A stretch of DNA of 64,000 nucleotides from positions 15,660-79,659 of the IMG/VR virus record IMGVR_UViG_3300046804_004458; one strand, written 5' to 3'. Made by a program: the position numbers and the translations under genes. Shown here piece after piece: positions 17,475-32,400 of this stretch (positions are counted from its first letter, which is position 1; every line of letters starts with the position of its first letter). The stretch comes from a virus. Below the pieces are notes generated by a model, which made no database searches, had not been told where the DNA came from, and was given only the letters and a program-made list of their open reading frames with translations.

Positions 17475-20400
17475 TTATAAACACTTAATATTGTTTGTAA
17501 TCTCTTCTATCTCTTTAGGAGTTTTTACATCATTATACCAAGGTGCACTGGTATAATCAATTACAGCTTGTTTAAACTCTGCTGAAGTTAATGCTTTATC
17601 TTTTTTAAGACTTTTATGTTCAAGATAGAAATTATTTAATTCATTAGCTGTAAATGCACCACCTATTAGTTCCTCTTTTCCTTGTAAAGATACAACTACT
17701 GGTTCTGTAGGTTTTACTACAGCTTTTTCTTCTATAGTCTGTACTGACTTACTAATTAATCCTGTTTTAGTAGCATTAAGCTCTGTAACTAACCCAAAAT
17801 TATCCAACAATGATTTTTGTAACCATTCTGCAAACCTTTTTGGCATTGTTGCTTTATCTGTAGCAAAGCCTTGAGGAAATACAATTTTTGACTTACCTGA
17901 GTTTTTAAGATCTTGTATAAGTTTTGTATTTATTTCTACAAACTCTTTAAAGTTTTCAGGGGTGTCAGTATAATCTACATTTTCTTTAGTATTGTAGTCG
18001 TATTTCTTTTTAGTTACAACTGCAAAAGCATTAGGTTCTGGTCTGATAATAGCAGAACCACCACCTTGTTTGTTGGGGAACGCTGTTATACTATGTGTAT
18101 TTTCTGTAAATACATATGCACTATTAGGATTATTTTGAACTTCTTGTCTTGTATAGTTACCTTTAGTAATTTCTACACTGGTTTTTGTAGGTACAGGTTT
18201 TTGTATGCTAGGTATTGTAACAGGTGCTTGAGCAGGTGTAGTTTGTTGTTTAACAAGGGCTTCTAACATTTGTTGAGGAGTTACTCCTTCACGTGTAAAA
18301 GTTTGCCCTTTCTCATTTGTTATACCATACTTGCCTTTAGTTCCTATCATAAAGACAGTTAAACCAAACTGATCACGTAAGGTATCAATAGCATCTTTAT
18401 CATTCATGCTATCTATATCAAGCTCAGGACCTTTAGAAGTAGAGACAAGCTTGAACTCCATTTGCTGATAGTTTGCACCTGGTTTTTTTAAGAGCTTAGT
18501 ATAAAGAGATGGTGCCCAACCTTCAAGCTCACTCCATGTATCCTTATCTATTTCCTTAATACTGTACCATGGACTTACTACCTGTACCAGTGCTTTTCTA
18601 CCTGACTTATCTGCAAACTCTACATAATTACCTTCTTTAAGAGGTACATTATTGTATTTTTCAGTCATGTCTCTTGATGTAGCAGTTCTATCCCCTGAAA
18701 GAATAAGATCCATAGTAGACTTACCTTTGAACTCAGGCCTCATTTCTCTACCACCATCACCATCCTTAAGGTTCATAGCTATTGTATAGGGGTTCCTTTT
18801 TGACCCTAATGGTGTAGTAGAATCATAACCTTCTTCTTTACCTGTATCAACAACAGTTTCTGTTTTTGTTTTTACTTCTTTACCACCAGGTGCATCAGAT
18901 GAATATGGTGGGTTAGTAATGTTTTGTTTAGGTTGCTCAACTATTTCACCTCTAATAGGCATTTTACCAAACACACCTGAACCTCCCCATCCTTCTGAAC
19001 TACCTCTAAGTTGACCCTTTACATATTGTGCTCTTTCTCCCTGTGCCATAGAATCTCCTACCTGTATAAGAGAAGATGGATTTTGCTCTCCGGCACTTTT
19101 CTCTCTGTCTACAGATTTCAATATGTAGAACTGTCCATTAATAATCATGGAGTAAGGAAAGTTCATCTTAAACCTAGATACCTTCTTACCTTTCTTATCT
19201 GTAGTTTCTACCCATTCACCCTCAAAACCATTTAGGGCCATGTAGAAAAGCCTGTCTTTTCTTTTCTCAGAAATAGCTTCTTCTTCCTCCTCAGTATATT
19301 CTTTACCTTTTTCTTTAAAAGGAAGTCCCTTTTTATAGTCTACATATACTGTACCAGTTTCTTTATCTCTGTATATAGGAGAGTTTTGATTATTAATATC
19401 TGCACTGATAGAGCACTCTTTCAGGAATTTCTTATTACCTATAAAGGTAGCATATGACTTTAAGAAACCATCTAATAGCTCTTCAGAAGTAGCACCAAAT
19501 ACTTTTCTATACTCCTCTTCATTCTTCTTACCTGTAGAAAGCAAGTCATTTACCTTACCTGCCTGATCAAGTAGATTTTTAAAGATACCATTGTGTATAT
19601 ACCTTACAAAGCTACCTGATTTGAATTGTCCACCATCTTTTACAAGCAGGTAATGGAACAGCCCTACAGCATCTAAGTGTGTTTCCTTATTGCTATACAA
19701 TGATATAAACCCATCCATAACTTTCTCCTGTTGGTATTCAGAAAGTTTTGCCCATGTATTAGCTTCTACTTTATTAAGACCTGCAGAATTCTTATCAGCA
19801 TCTACACAATTAAGGAAGTAGTTAATAAAGTAGTTAGGTGTATTTTCTTTGTCAAACTTAGCCTTCAGATTTTGTACAATATAAATAGCATCTTCATAAT
19901 CTGTCTTAGCAGCAAGTGCCTCAGGGTAGATCATTGCATGGTCAAGAGAAGTAAGATATGTAGTAAGTCCTTCTTCTTTAAGATATTGCTTATATGCCAT
20001 AATAGTCATATAAGACAATAGATCATTTTTTATGGTCTTATTAAAGTTATTCTTTTCTGCAAGAGGCACATTGAAGTTACCAACAGTAACATCCATCAGT
20101 CTGTTAAACTCATCAGTTCTTTCTACAAATATTGATTTAGATAAGTTGTCTATGTCTTTAAACACCTGTATGTACTGAGCCATAAATTTATGGTCATTGT
20201 TCATCATGTGCTTTACATCAATAGTAAGATCTTTTTCTTCTGTAGCAGAATCAAGTATACCAAACTTATCCATAGCTTTTTTGATATCATCAAACTCTTC
20301 CCATGATGTAGGCAAACCTTGTGTTATCTTTAGTATCTTAGAGAAGTCCATAAGATCAATAGACTGCTTGTCTATAACCTTTAGTATATCTAACATTTCA

Positions 20401-23400
20401 GACGACATAATATTATTTTTGATATTATGAAGCATCCGTTCTCTTGATGTTGCAGCACCTAGTAACTCTTCTGTACCTTCAGCTTTTTTAAGTCTTTTAG
20501 TTGTTTGAATATCTATATCAGCCTCAAGTTCTGCTAAAATCTTTGCTTTAGTAAGATCCTCTTCTTGTTCAGTTTTAATACTTGACTTAATATTAGCTAC
20601 TCTTTTGAAATACTCTTGTACAGTTGGCTGTACAATAAATAACATAGCTGTTTCAAAAGGTATACCCTGGGAAACCATATTAGAAAGATAACCTACTGCA
20701 CCTATGCTAAGGCCATACTTACCTGAGTAAGAGTACTTAGCATTATCAGTCATGGCATTTTCAATAGCAGAAAGTGCAGCAAATACCCTTTCTCCATTAA
20801 ATTCCTTACCATCCCATGCTTTAAGGTTACCATAGTTATTATACTGTTTACCATCAATAATTATGTGGTTTCCTTTTATAGGTACCTTAAATGTACTATT
20901 AACAGAGTAGTTGATAACAGCATTTGCAGCAGCACCAATATTCTCTCTACCCTGAGCATTGGTATCACGTGATATCTCCTTGCCCAACATAGAGTTGGTA
21001 TCTTCTTTTGTATCTTCAATCCTATCCAAGAAATCTTTAGCATATTGACTCTCAGCATCAATAAGTTCTCTCTTTAACATCTTGCCAAAGTTATCAAGCA
21101 TATCTACACTTGTTGGCTGATTTAAGATAGGATTTTCCCCACCTGCAATTGCCTCAGAGCTTAATAAAGATTGGCTAGACTGAAGTACTTTATTGTTTAT
21201 TACACCATTATTTACATTTTCACTACCTGCAGCAATAAACTCTTTTAGTGTAACAGGTAAGCCAAATTTTTTAAGACCTTCTTTTATATAAAAAGCTTTA
21301 GCTTCCAAAAGTTCTTTTTCTATAAAAATTTGAAGTTCTTCTGCTTTTTTGGCCCCTTCTGTAAATTGTTTAAGAAGATCCTTTCTACGTTGATATAATA
21401 AACCTATATCTGTAGAAATTTTCTTTTCTTCACCTTCTTTGGTTGTAAGCAGATAACTATCAAACTTCTTATTCTGAGCATCAAATAAAGCAGCTACGTT
21501 ACCTGTTATTCTTTCTATTAAATGTGATTGTTGTTCTTCTGTAAATTTAAGTTCTGCAATAGTATCCTGTACTGCATCAGATAACATTTCCTTCTTTACA
21601 TAAGCCTTAAGACTTTTGTTATTTTCAAGTTGCCATGCAACATATTCCTTAAATTTATCTTCATCTGTAATAGCAGTTCCATATGCAACTCTTTTATCAC
21701 CTATTACATAAGTATCAGGTATAGAGACATATACTTTATCAAGGTCAAAGTCAGTACCACTCTTTTCCATTATTTCTTGTGGGAACATGCCTGTAGACCC
21801 CATCCATATAGGGAAGGTATCTACTCTTCTTGAGTTCGTATAAGAGTGCTTATCATCAGAAGGTATACGTACACTAAAGCTTGATTCTACAGCACTATCA
21901 TCTGCTTGCTCATAATGAGAAGCTGTAATGTACTCACTATATGTTTCAACACGTTCACCTTTTTCATTATATACACCAACATTATCTCTAAGATCATCCA
22001 AATAGTATACAGGCTTACCTGTGGCTAATTTATCTGCAAGACCTGTAAACTTCCTTTTAAGAATTGTACCATCTTCATCAGGTGTGTACCTAATAAGAGA
22101 CTTTGTGTACTTTTCAGGGTCAGCATCAAACATTTCTGTTGTTATAACTTCCCATTCTTTAGGCTGACCTTCTTCATCTACAGATATAAGTCTTTTAACA
22201 ACTTTATGGTGTGCATTTGAAGTAAGGGTCAGTGTAAGCCCTGGTATCTTTGCAGATAATGCACCATTACTAAAGTATGCAAGAAACAGTTGTGTATATT
22301 TTTGAAGGGTAGCCGGAAAGTTAAGGTTATACTGTATTTCATCATCCTTTGTACGGAAAAACTCCAATGTCTGGCTGTCTGCACCTGTAGCAAGCAAGTT
22401 GTCATAGCAAAGATCATAGAACTCTGTTAGCTTAGGTGTTATCTGACCTTTTTCATAAGACTTACCTATTTCATTAAATGCATCTTTTAAGTCAAAGATT
22501 GCATTTCTTTTCATCTTATAGCTGTTGGCTAATCTCTTAGCTATCAAGTCAAGATAATTATTTACAGCTTCTTTACCTGAAATTTCTTTACCATTAAGAA
22601 ATACTTTACTATCAGCAGGTATCTCAGCAAATATCTGTTGAAGCTTTTGAGTAGGATCTGTCATACTGGTCTTACCTGATGGGTTCTCCAGTTGCTGCCT
22701 CATGTATCTTGCAGGTAGAGCATTAAAGTGTCTATCTTCAATATTTTCTATTGCACTTTTACCGTTACCTTCCTTAACTACATTTTTCTGCATACCCTTT
22801 GACACACTCTGAGGATGTGCAAAAGTTATGGTTTGATTAGCTTTTTCAAACTTTTCTAGTTTGTTTCTCAAAAGATGAAGTTTTTCCTTACCAGGTCTTG
22901 CTTGCCAGTTACCATCTTTATCTTTATATGATGTATACTCTTTAGCAAGTACATGAACAGAACATTTCAGGTAGGTATTGCCATCAAAGTATACCATCTT
23001 CATAGGATTGAAAGCAGCTTTCATATCCTGTATACCACCTGCCTTAAAGAACTCTTCTTTAGTAACTTTATCTCCATTCTTAATTTTATTAAGAATATCA
23101 ACCTGTACCTGTTTAAGAGTACCCATGCCAAAAAGCATATACCTTAAACCTTTCTCAGTGCAGTACATTTGACCGTCATCTTGGTCACCTGTCTTACCTG
23201 TTCTTTTACGGAAAAGTGTATCTTGATAGGTAATATGGTGTATTGTTTGAAGTTTATGTTCAATACCCCATTCTGGTTTAGTAACACTACTCTCTATAGA
23301 AGGACCTGCAGCATTGGCACCTGCAGCTCTTTTAACCTGGTCAACAAACAATTTAAAGCTTCTTGCCTCATCTCCATGTAACAACCTGTTTACAGCAGAT

Positions 23401-26400
23401 GTATTCAAAAAGTCATTCATAAACACTTGAGCAATGTTGTGTTTAAAATTGCCTGGTATCAGATACATCTTCTCATTTTTTTCTTTTACCCCCCTACCTG
23501 TAAAACCTTTAAACAGGTAAGCAGGTGCAAGTGCTCTTTTATTATCTCCTGTAACAAGTTTTTCCTGTTTCATCATATCAATGAAACGGTCAACTTGCCC
23601 CATCCAGTAGTCATTAATTTGCTCCTTAATTGCTTTCTCATCAAGTTTATACTCAGAATCTATTGCATTCTTTTCTATTTCTGCAGCAAGATCACCAAGC
23701 ATCTTTTTTGTTTCATATAACTTAAGACCACGTAATTGGTCTACTTTATTAGGATCACCTGTATGATAGCCTTCTAAGATAGCTACAGGTTTACCATTTT
23801 CATCTTTGCCTGTTTCTATCTCTTTATTTACTTTAGCTATTCTATTTACTTCATCCAGTACTCTTTGATAAAGAATATTAAGAGCCTCCTCAGAGAGAGA
23901 TGTTTTACCTTCTTTAGTTGAAACTGCCTGTACTACAGGTAGGTCTATAACATATCCTGCTTTTTTGGCCTCTACTGTTCTAATAAGATGTCCTACTTTA
24001 TAAAAGAACTCATTAGGATCTGCCCCCATTACAACCTTAGCATCTCTTCTTCTACTTATATCATACATTGCAAGCATGTATACAAGATTCTCTCTCCTAA
24101 TAAAATCACCATAAACTACACCTTTTTCCTTCTTATCTCCGGTTACAGCCTTTTTAATACCTTCTACCATGTTAAGCTTAACACTCTTGTTCTTAACAAG
24201 GTGCATAAACTCATCACTGTCTAATAGATGTACAGTATTCTTTTCAACGTCATCCTGTATCTGAGCTATAACTTTAGGATCATTTAACTCTGTAACTGCT
24301 ACATGATAAAAATTAGGATGTGTATGTGCGTATCTCAGTTCACCATCTGAAGTAGTAAATGATATAGAGCCAATAGTTTCATCAAATATGCTATTGTTAT
24401 CTGCAAGTTGTTTCAATAGGTTATATGCAGTATTATCTACAACTTCTTCTTCCTGACCTTCTTCTACTATTTGTCCTTTCTCAAAAGGTGAAACACCATT
24501 AGAAAGAGGATTTTCAATAGATACACTAAGTATCTTTTCATCAATTGGTACTATATCTCCAAATACAGCAATGAAGTTCTTCTGTTCTTTTGTAAGAGCA
24601 TCTTCATTCTTTGCTTTGAGTATAGAGTATTTAATATAGTTAGGATGAAGATTTACACCAAAATTTTCTTTAAAAGCAGCACTTATGTTATTTGCTATAC
24701 CACTAATTACCTTATTGTTTTGCTTCTTAGCAATTGCAGTTGTATTAGTTGCATTTCTAAATAAAGTAATTGCTTTGTTTTTTTGAACATACAGTTTATT
24801 AAATCCATCTTTTGTGCTTTCTCTTCTCATAAGATCTTCATATACTCTTGAGAAAGCATTTGACCAGTTTTGCACCTGTACAACAGAGCTATCTTTTGTA
24901 TTTGCAAAAGTAGTTATTGCATTACCTGTAGCAGGATTAAGTTGTGTAAACAGGTAATTAGCAGCATATGAACTAAACCCTTTTAAGAACAGGTTTACTA
25001 ACTCTTGGTTTTGAGTAAACTCTTTTGTTTCAGTATTATAACCTGTAAGTTGTAGAAATCTGTTTATAACAGCTACTGAATGTTTGTTACCAGTTATCTT
25101 TTCTTCACCTGTTTTATCATCTACATCAGTATTCATGTCTTTGAACTGAAGTAGTTTCTCAACCTGTGCATCTGTACTACTGGTATTAGCAAGAAGCTTT
25201 AATACCCCATTATAAACATCAGCAGCATTTACTGCCTCTTTTATAGGTGTACCATCTGCATAATGTGTATTACCAAACTCATCTACTGCTACAGTAGTTG
25301 TACCAGCAATAAATCTACGTAGTTCCTGTGCTTTACCTTCAGGACCTGCTGATGCACCTGGGTCTTTTTTATCAAATTTATCAGAAGACCTTGGTCCATA
25401 TGTATCTGTTAACTTATCATCTTGAATAGTATCAAGAGTTACCTGGTATCCAAGTATTTTTAATGAAGAAGCAACTGCATCTTTAATAGCATTTCTTGTT
25501 TCTGTTTTAGAAAAAATGTTATGCATATTAAACACCCTTCTTATATAATCTTTTGCTTCTGCAGGATTATTTATCTTAGATTGAACTTCAAAATACCTTG
25601 GTCTACGTGGGTTATAAGTGTCCTTGTATTTATCAAGAATACCATTTAGTATAGCTTTACTGTTGTACTCTTTAAGATCCTTATTCCTTATTTCTTGGTC
25701 AAACAGTGCTGTAATAGTAGAAACTAATCTATCTGCTTCTTTTTGTGGCAGGTGCCTATCAACTTCTATTGTTTTACCATTAGGAAGTACAACCTCATCT
25801 GTGCCTATTTTAATTACTTTACAGGCAGGTATAGTAAAACCAAGAGGATTATTTCTTACATCTTCTGTATAGCTATTACTTTGAACAGTACTATTTTTAT
25901 ACTTGCCTTCATCTATATCTCTAAAAAGAGTTTGAAGATCAGAAGGAGTAAACTTCTTAAAGAAGTTTTTAACAAACCTGATAAGGGTTTCAAAGAAACC
26001 TTTAATACCAGGAGAAACAGGAGCATTTTTATTCATCATATAGGTATCAAACCTATCTGCCATTTTTTCTTCCAGGTAAAGTTCTTCAAGTTGTTTTCTT
26101 GACAACTCCATATTTTCAGGAGTAAGAGAACGTAATTCCTTAAGTGCTTTTTCTGTTATAGGGAACATTGTTCTTGCCTCTGCAAGAAGTGCATCTATCT
26201 GAGTTTGTGTAAGCAATAAACGGAATACACTATGGAAAGCTTCATGGTATTTAAAAGGACTTTCTTTTGCAACTCTTATAACACCTTCTATTTGACGAAG
26301 TTTATTAAGCTTTGCAATAAACTCACCTACTGTAACTTTATTCTCCTGTAAATTGGTTACAAGAGTATTCATTTCCTCTGTAGTTATAATATCCTGAGGA

Positions 26401-29400
26401 AGTTTTTCCTTAACCCATTTAACAAATGTGTCTATATTTTCTACAGACTTTGCACTGAATACAGGTGAGCCTTTAATTATTTTATATGCTTTTTTACCAG
26501 TTTCATCTTGTTTTTCTAATTCATCTAAAAATGCATTGTAACCTTCTAGTGTATTTGTATTAATATCTTCTAACTTTGTAGTTACAGGTTCAGCATTAGG
26601 GTTAACAACTTGCTGAGATGTAGGTGTATTTGGCTCAACTACAGATCCTGCCCCTTTAGTAGTTTTATTTTGTTTAACATTTCTTTTTATGGTATTGGCT
26701 TGATCATCAACACCGGGCATCTCATTGACAATATTGATACCCAACTGCACATTACTTACCACCTGTGGTATCTTGATATCGGTTGTCATTGCCATTAATG
26801 CAGGAAGCAACTTAGGATCATTTGGGGCTAAAGGCACCTGCTCCTTCATATTTTTCTGCTCAATATGAGGTATTTCAGGCATTGTCTTTTTTGCATTGAT
26901 AGTGTCCAATGCAACATTTACTCTAGATATAAAATCCTGTATGTTTTCAAAATGAACAGCTTTACCATCAGGTTGCCTAATTTCTGCAAACTCTACTTTC
27001 TTACCTGTAGTTTGATGCACTACTGTAATACCAAGTTTTTTACCGGCAGGTATTCCTTGTGCAGGGTTACCTGGGTCCAAAGTAAGATATACCTTTAAAC
27101 CTTTCTTATCTGCATTTTCTTCAAACACATTGTATGCAGGAAATATCTCACGTAGTTTAGCATTTACGGCTTTAATATCATCCTTAGTAGCCTTATCACT
27201 ATAAGCTTTAGCAGCTTGTTCATTTATAAGATTAAGTGTATTTGCTACCTCTGCATCACTTAATGTTCTATGGTTAAGCTGTATCCAATAAGAATGCCCA
27301 CTAGGGAATTTGATAAGTGCACTATATGCCCCTTCATAAGAACTTTTTGATAAAGCATTTGCAGGTACATCTTCTTCACTACCAAATACAAATGAGGAAC
27401 CTGTATCAGTATTTCTTTTAATAATAGGTGTACCACCTTCACCTTCTCTGTTATAAAGAAGTTCACTAAGTGCTATACCTTTAGGGTAAACATTATTAAC
27501 TGGTTCTACAAATGCAAGTTCACCTGCACCAACTGTAAACTTCATTAAACTTTCAAGATCTGTACCTGTAAGCTTAATGCTAGTTTTACCACTTCTTTGT
27601 AGTCTACCATTAAGAGCAGTAATTAATCTGTTTGTTTCAGGTGAGTATGCAGGGCTTTTTACATCACTAGTAATAAATCCTACTTTAACACCATCTATGT
27701 AAAAATATATGTTGTATGGATTTTTAGGTTTACCTGTAGGGGTAAACTCTAATGTAATCTTATCATAAACATTTTCAGGAGTAAGTGTAACATACAACTT
27801 GGTTCTTTCTTGTTTTGCTTTTTCTTCATAGACATCTTTTATTTGTTTAGGAAGATAAGATCTACCATCTTTAGGATTAGTGTTTGCATCCTGTCTTTGT
27901 TTTGGTGTTTTTCCACCATCATTCCAAATAGCATCATCTGCCCAAGCAGCATCAAAATCAATAAATGGAACAAGAGTAAGTTGAGTTGAAGAGTAAGTAC
28001 GTGGAGTAGGTACAACTTCATCTATATCAGAATCCTCTGGCTCAAACTCTTCTTCTTTTTCCTCTTCTTCTGTTTGTTCAGGAGAAAGATATTTATCATA
28101 TTCCCCTTTCAGATACTTTTCTGCTACTCTATCTTCACTACCCTGGTCTTTACCTGTTCTGCTTAAGACATAACCTTTACCATCTTCAGGTAATTCAAGG
28201 CCTATCATGGTGGATAAACTATCTGTTATTTTCTTAGCAAGTTCAGAAACCTGTTTTACATCTACTTTTGGTGTAACAGGAGCAGTACCCATTACATAAG
28301 GAATAAGAGCCTTCTCTTGTTCTGAAAGTATCAGACCTATCTTTTCAAGTCTTTCTACTATCTCAGGTGTAACTTCAAAAGTTACCCCTTCTTCTGTACC
28401 TGTAGTTACTTCTTCTGGTTCTGCACCTTCTTCTATATGTTCAGAAATATCAGCACCTTCTATTTTAGCTAATTCTTTATTAATATAGTCATTAACAAGT
28501 TGTTCTGCTTGTTCTTTAGTATCTGTTATTAAATGCCTTGTGCTACGCATTATAACAAATTTGTTACCAAGAATAGAAGTACGTTTTGTTACAGGATTAT
28601 AAAACTCTTTTTGTGGAAAATATTTTATACTTTTAAATAACCTATCCTGTTCCATTTTAATAAGCTGCTCTGCTCTTTCTTCAGGTGTAAGAGTTTTAAG
28701 GTCTAAAAGCTTTTCGTCATGTGCTTTATCAATTTTATTAAGACCTTCTACATGGGCAGCAAGTGCCTTTTTGTACTCTTCTTCGGTAATGAGTTCTTTC
28801 CAATTGGTAAGAAATTTATTTTCATTTTCATTTGTAACACGTTCCCCCTGTTTATTGACATAGTAACTAAGATGATTAGGTATTTTATTATACTTTGTAG
28901 CAAATATACTTCTTACAAAATGCTCATAAGTAGATGTATTATCTAAGACATAAGCAAAGTCATCATTTGACAGTTGGGAAAGATCAGGATTTGCAAAAAA
29001 TTGCTTTAAGCCAAAAGTTTTATTAAACTTTTTAATAGCTTCCTGTCTTGCTACAAATATTCTTCTCTCTGCAGGTGTCATCTCCTTAGTACCTGGATAG
29101 TTTTTTTCTACCCATGCTCTAAGTGCAGCATTTGCTTCTTCTACTGTTTTGTAAGGATAGTATTTATCAATTACATCTATTCTGAAGTCACTATCTGATA
29201 GTTTACTTACATGAGGATTATTAGGAAGATTAGGAAATGAAACCATCTCATCTATTGTTACTGCCCTTGGTTTAGGTTTTATTTCAGCAACAACAGTTCC
29301 CATTTCATCTGCTGCTTCTTCCGGGGTCATAGTTTCAGCCTCTAAATCTGACCTTAAGCTTTCTAACTTCTCCTTTACCTCAGGATGTGCATTGAGATAC

Positions 29401-32400
29401 TCCTGTGCTTCAGGACTAAGAGATGTAGGAGCAGGTGCAGTAGTAATGGTAGAACTAGGAGCTGTAGGTTCTGTAGTTGTAGTACCAGTAGTAGATAAGG
29501 ATATTCCTTCATCTTCAGCATACCCTTCTATTTCTTCTATTATCTGTTCTTTTGAGCCTCTTATATCCAAAGGATTATAGGAAGTAAGTGCACCTGTAGC
29601 AAGTACCTCATCCATCATTTTTTGAAGGTCAACAGGTTTTCCATTAATTCTAACCACTATTGATTTACCTGCTACAGGTGCAGCGGTACTTTGTGGTAAA
29701 GGTTCTGTAGGCACAGGCTTACCTGTTGCACTATAGAAGGCAAGTATTTCACTCTTTATCTTATCTTCGTCAGCAGGTGTACCAACACTTTCCTCCTCTT
29801 CAGGACTACGTGATCCTGCTTCAGGAGTTTGGTGTTTTTCTTCTTCTTCAAGACCACTTTCTTCAAGTGCTCTTAGTGCTGTTTGTAAATACTTAATGTG
29901 TTCTTTTAGCTTTGATATATTCTCTTCCTGCTGTTTACGTATATCTCCTGTAAACAGTCCTCTTGCAAACTTGTCTCTTTGTTCAGTAAGGTCTTTAATA
30001 GCTAAATTAGTATCACCTATTTTTTTCTCAAGCCTTTCAAGTTCTGCCTTATAATTATCTTGAAGTTCTTCCGGTAATTCTGCCCCTTCAGTAAACTGAT
30101 ATATAAATACATTTAACTCATCAATCAGCCTTTGAGTAGAAGCTACTATACCATAATGGTATTTAAGATTTTCATCTATAGCTTTAAGTTGTTCTTGTCC
30201 ATAGGCTATTTGTGCATCTAAATTAGAAATACTTAAATCAGGACGTAAAATGTCACCAACTAACCCCTTGAGCAATTTCTTTTTTTCCTTGCTTATCTCT
30301 TCAAATGAAGCAGTAGATTGTTCAAGTTCAGTTATAGCAGCACCATATGCAGCTTTGAGATACTCAAGCCTTTTCAGTGACTTCTTAATAGCTGTTTTTT
30401 CTTTTTCAAGAGACTTGATATTTTGTTTAATAGACTTTACTTCCTGTGTAAGGTTTCTTACAAGTTCCTGTGCAGCTTTTCTTGTTTCTTTTTGACTTTT
30501 ATCAGTAGTAGCTAGTATCTCTTTATGCCTAACCAACTCTTCCTGTATCTTAATAATACTATCTTTTGCAGAAGTAAGTTCTGCTTCATTAGCAGTTACC
30601 CTGTCCAAAAGGTCAGTTATCTCCTGTTCTGTTTTACCAAGAAGATTACGAAGTGTTTTTTGTTGTTTGAGGTTACCTGTCCTTTCTCTTTCTTTCTGCT
30701 CCTCAGCAGTAAGGATATCTTCAACAGGTACACCTGTTACTGCAGATATTCTGTTTTTAATTTCTTTCATATGCTTATCATGCAAATCTGCACTTGTAGC
30801 ATACATGGCATCTTTTGCTTTATTGTAGAGAAGATTAAAACCTCTAGGATCAGAAATAACATTCAGAGCACTTACATAGTTACCATGATCCCTATTAAGT
30901 TTATCATAGTCCATAAGAAGGTCAAATGCTTTTCTCATTTCCCTCTTATCTGCTATAGGTGCACCTTTAGTAAACTGTGCATTGATAGCTTGCATATAAC
31001 CATTATGTGCATCCATCATTTTCTGCATAGCATTATACATACCGGTATCACCTTGTATAAAAGGTGTGGTCTTTCTAAATGCTTCTTCTGCCCCTCTGGC
31101 TTTGTAATCCTGAAGTATCTTATAATTACGTACCCACTGCTCAAGGTGTTTTATCTGCTCTTGTGTACTGGTAATTTGAGCTGATACATCTTTATCTTTT
31201 TCAAGGCCTTTATAGTTCTCAAGCTGCTCTTGAAGTTGACCCAACTCATATTCAGCATTTGCAATATTTCCTAGTATCTCAAATGTCTTATTTGCAGAAG
31301 AACCTAAAGAAGGTAATGCTGCTGCCTGAGATCTTAACTCTACAGCTCTTTCTATAGTCTTATCTGCATGATAAGAAGTAGTAGCAAGTAACTGTATTGC
31401 CTCATCAAGTGACCTTTTAGCCATTCTTGCTTTTACATACTCTTTAGGATCATGTGCATATAGTTCTGATTGTACAAGATGTCCAAACTCATCCATTAAT
31501 CTTTCATGAGTATCATGGTATTTTTCTATCTCTCTTACAATTGATTCAGTATATGCCTTTGCAGATATTTTATTTTCCCCGGTAGCTTTTAAACCAAAAG
31601 CTTGTTCAAACTGTTCATCTGTAAGTCTTTCACCAAATTCTTTAATACTATCCCTAAAAGATTCATAGTTGCCTGTTTTAATAGCAACTGCTACTGCATT
31701 AGTAAATGCATCATCTTTTGCATTATTAAATTCATACTTATCACCATCAGTTAAAGCACTTGCTATATTCTGATCAGCTTTACCCTGTACCTTTATACCT
31801 GCAATATGTTCAGATAATGATTTTTTAGGGTCATTGTACCAGGTATTAAGAATGTTTTGACTATCCTGAAGCATCTTTTTATGGGCATCTACTTCTCCTT
31901 TATATTGAGAGTTAATACCGGCATTTGCTTTTCTGAAACTTTGCATAACCCCGGCCTGCATAGGATTTATAAACAACCCAGTAGCAGCTCCCATAAGGAA
32001 TGTCTGCCAGCCTTCCATGCTTAATTGAGATTGTAAACCTTTACCCCAATCAGCAGCAGTAATATCTTTTAATAAATTACCACCTTGTATGTCTTTGCCC
32101 CCATCATAAAGATTTTTATAGTAGTCCCTAAATGTGTTGTCGGAAGTATTTTGAAGGATTTCCTGCAGACCTTCCATTACCTCTAATTTACCAGACCTTT
32201 TTCCTACCTGCCACAAAGCAGTACCAAGGCCAAAATCTTTTCTTATCTGGTTAAAATTAGAAAGAGCACCAAAGGTACCTTTTACATAAGCCTGTGTTGC
32301 TTTTTGCCCTTCTTTTAAACCACCACCTTCAACTGCACCTGTAATGTCTCTTCTTAACTTGCCTGTAATACTATATACTTCCCCCTCACCTTTTTCAAGT

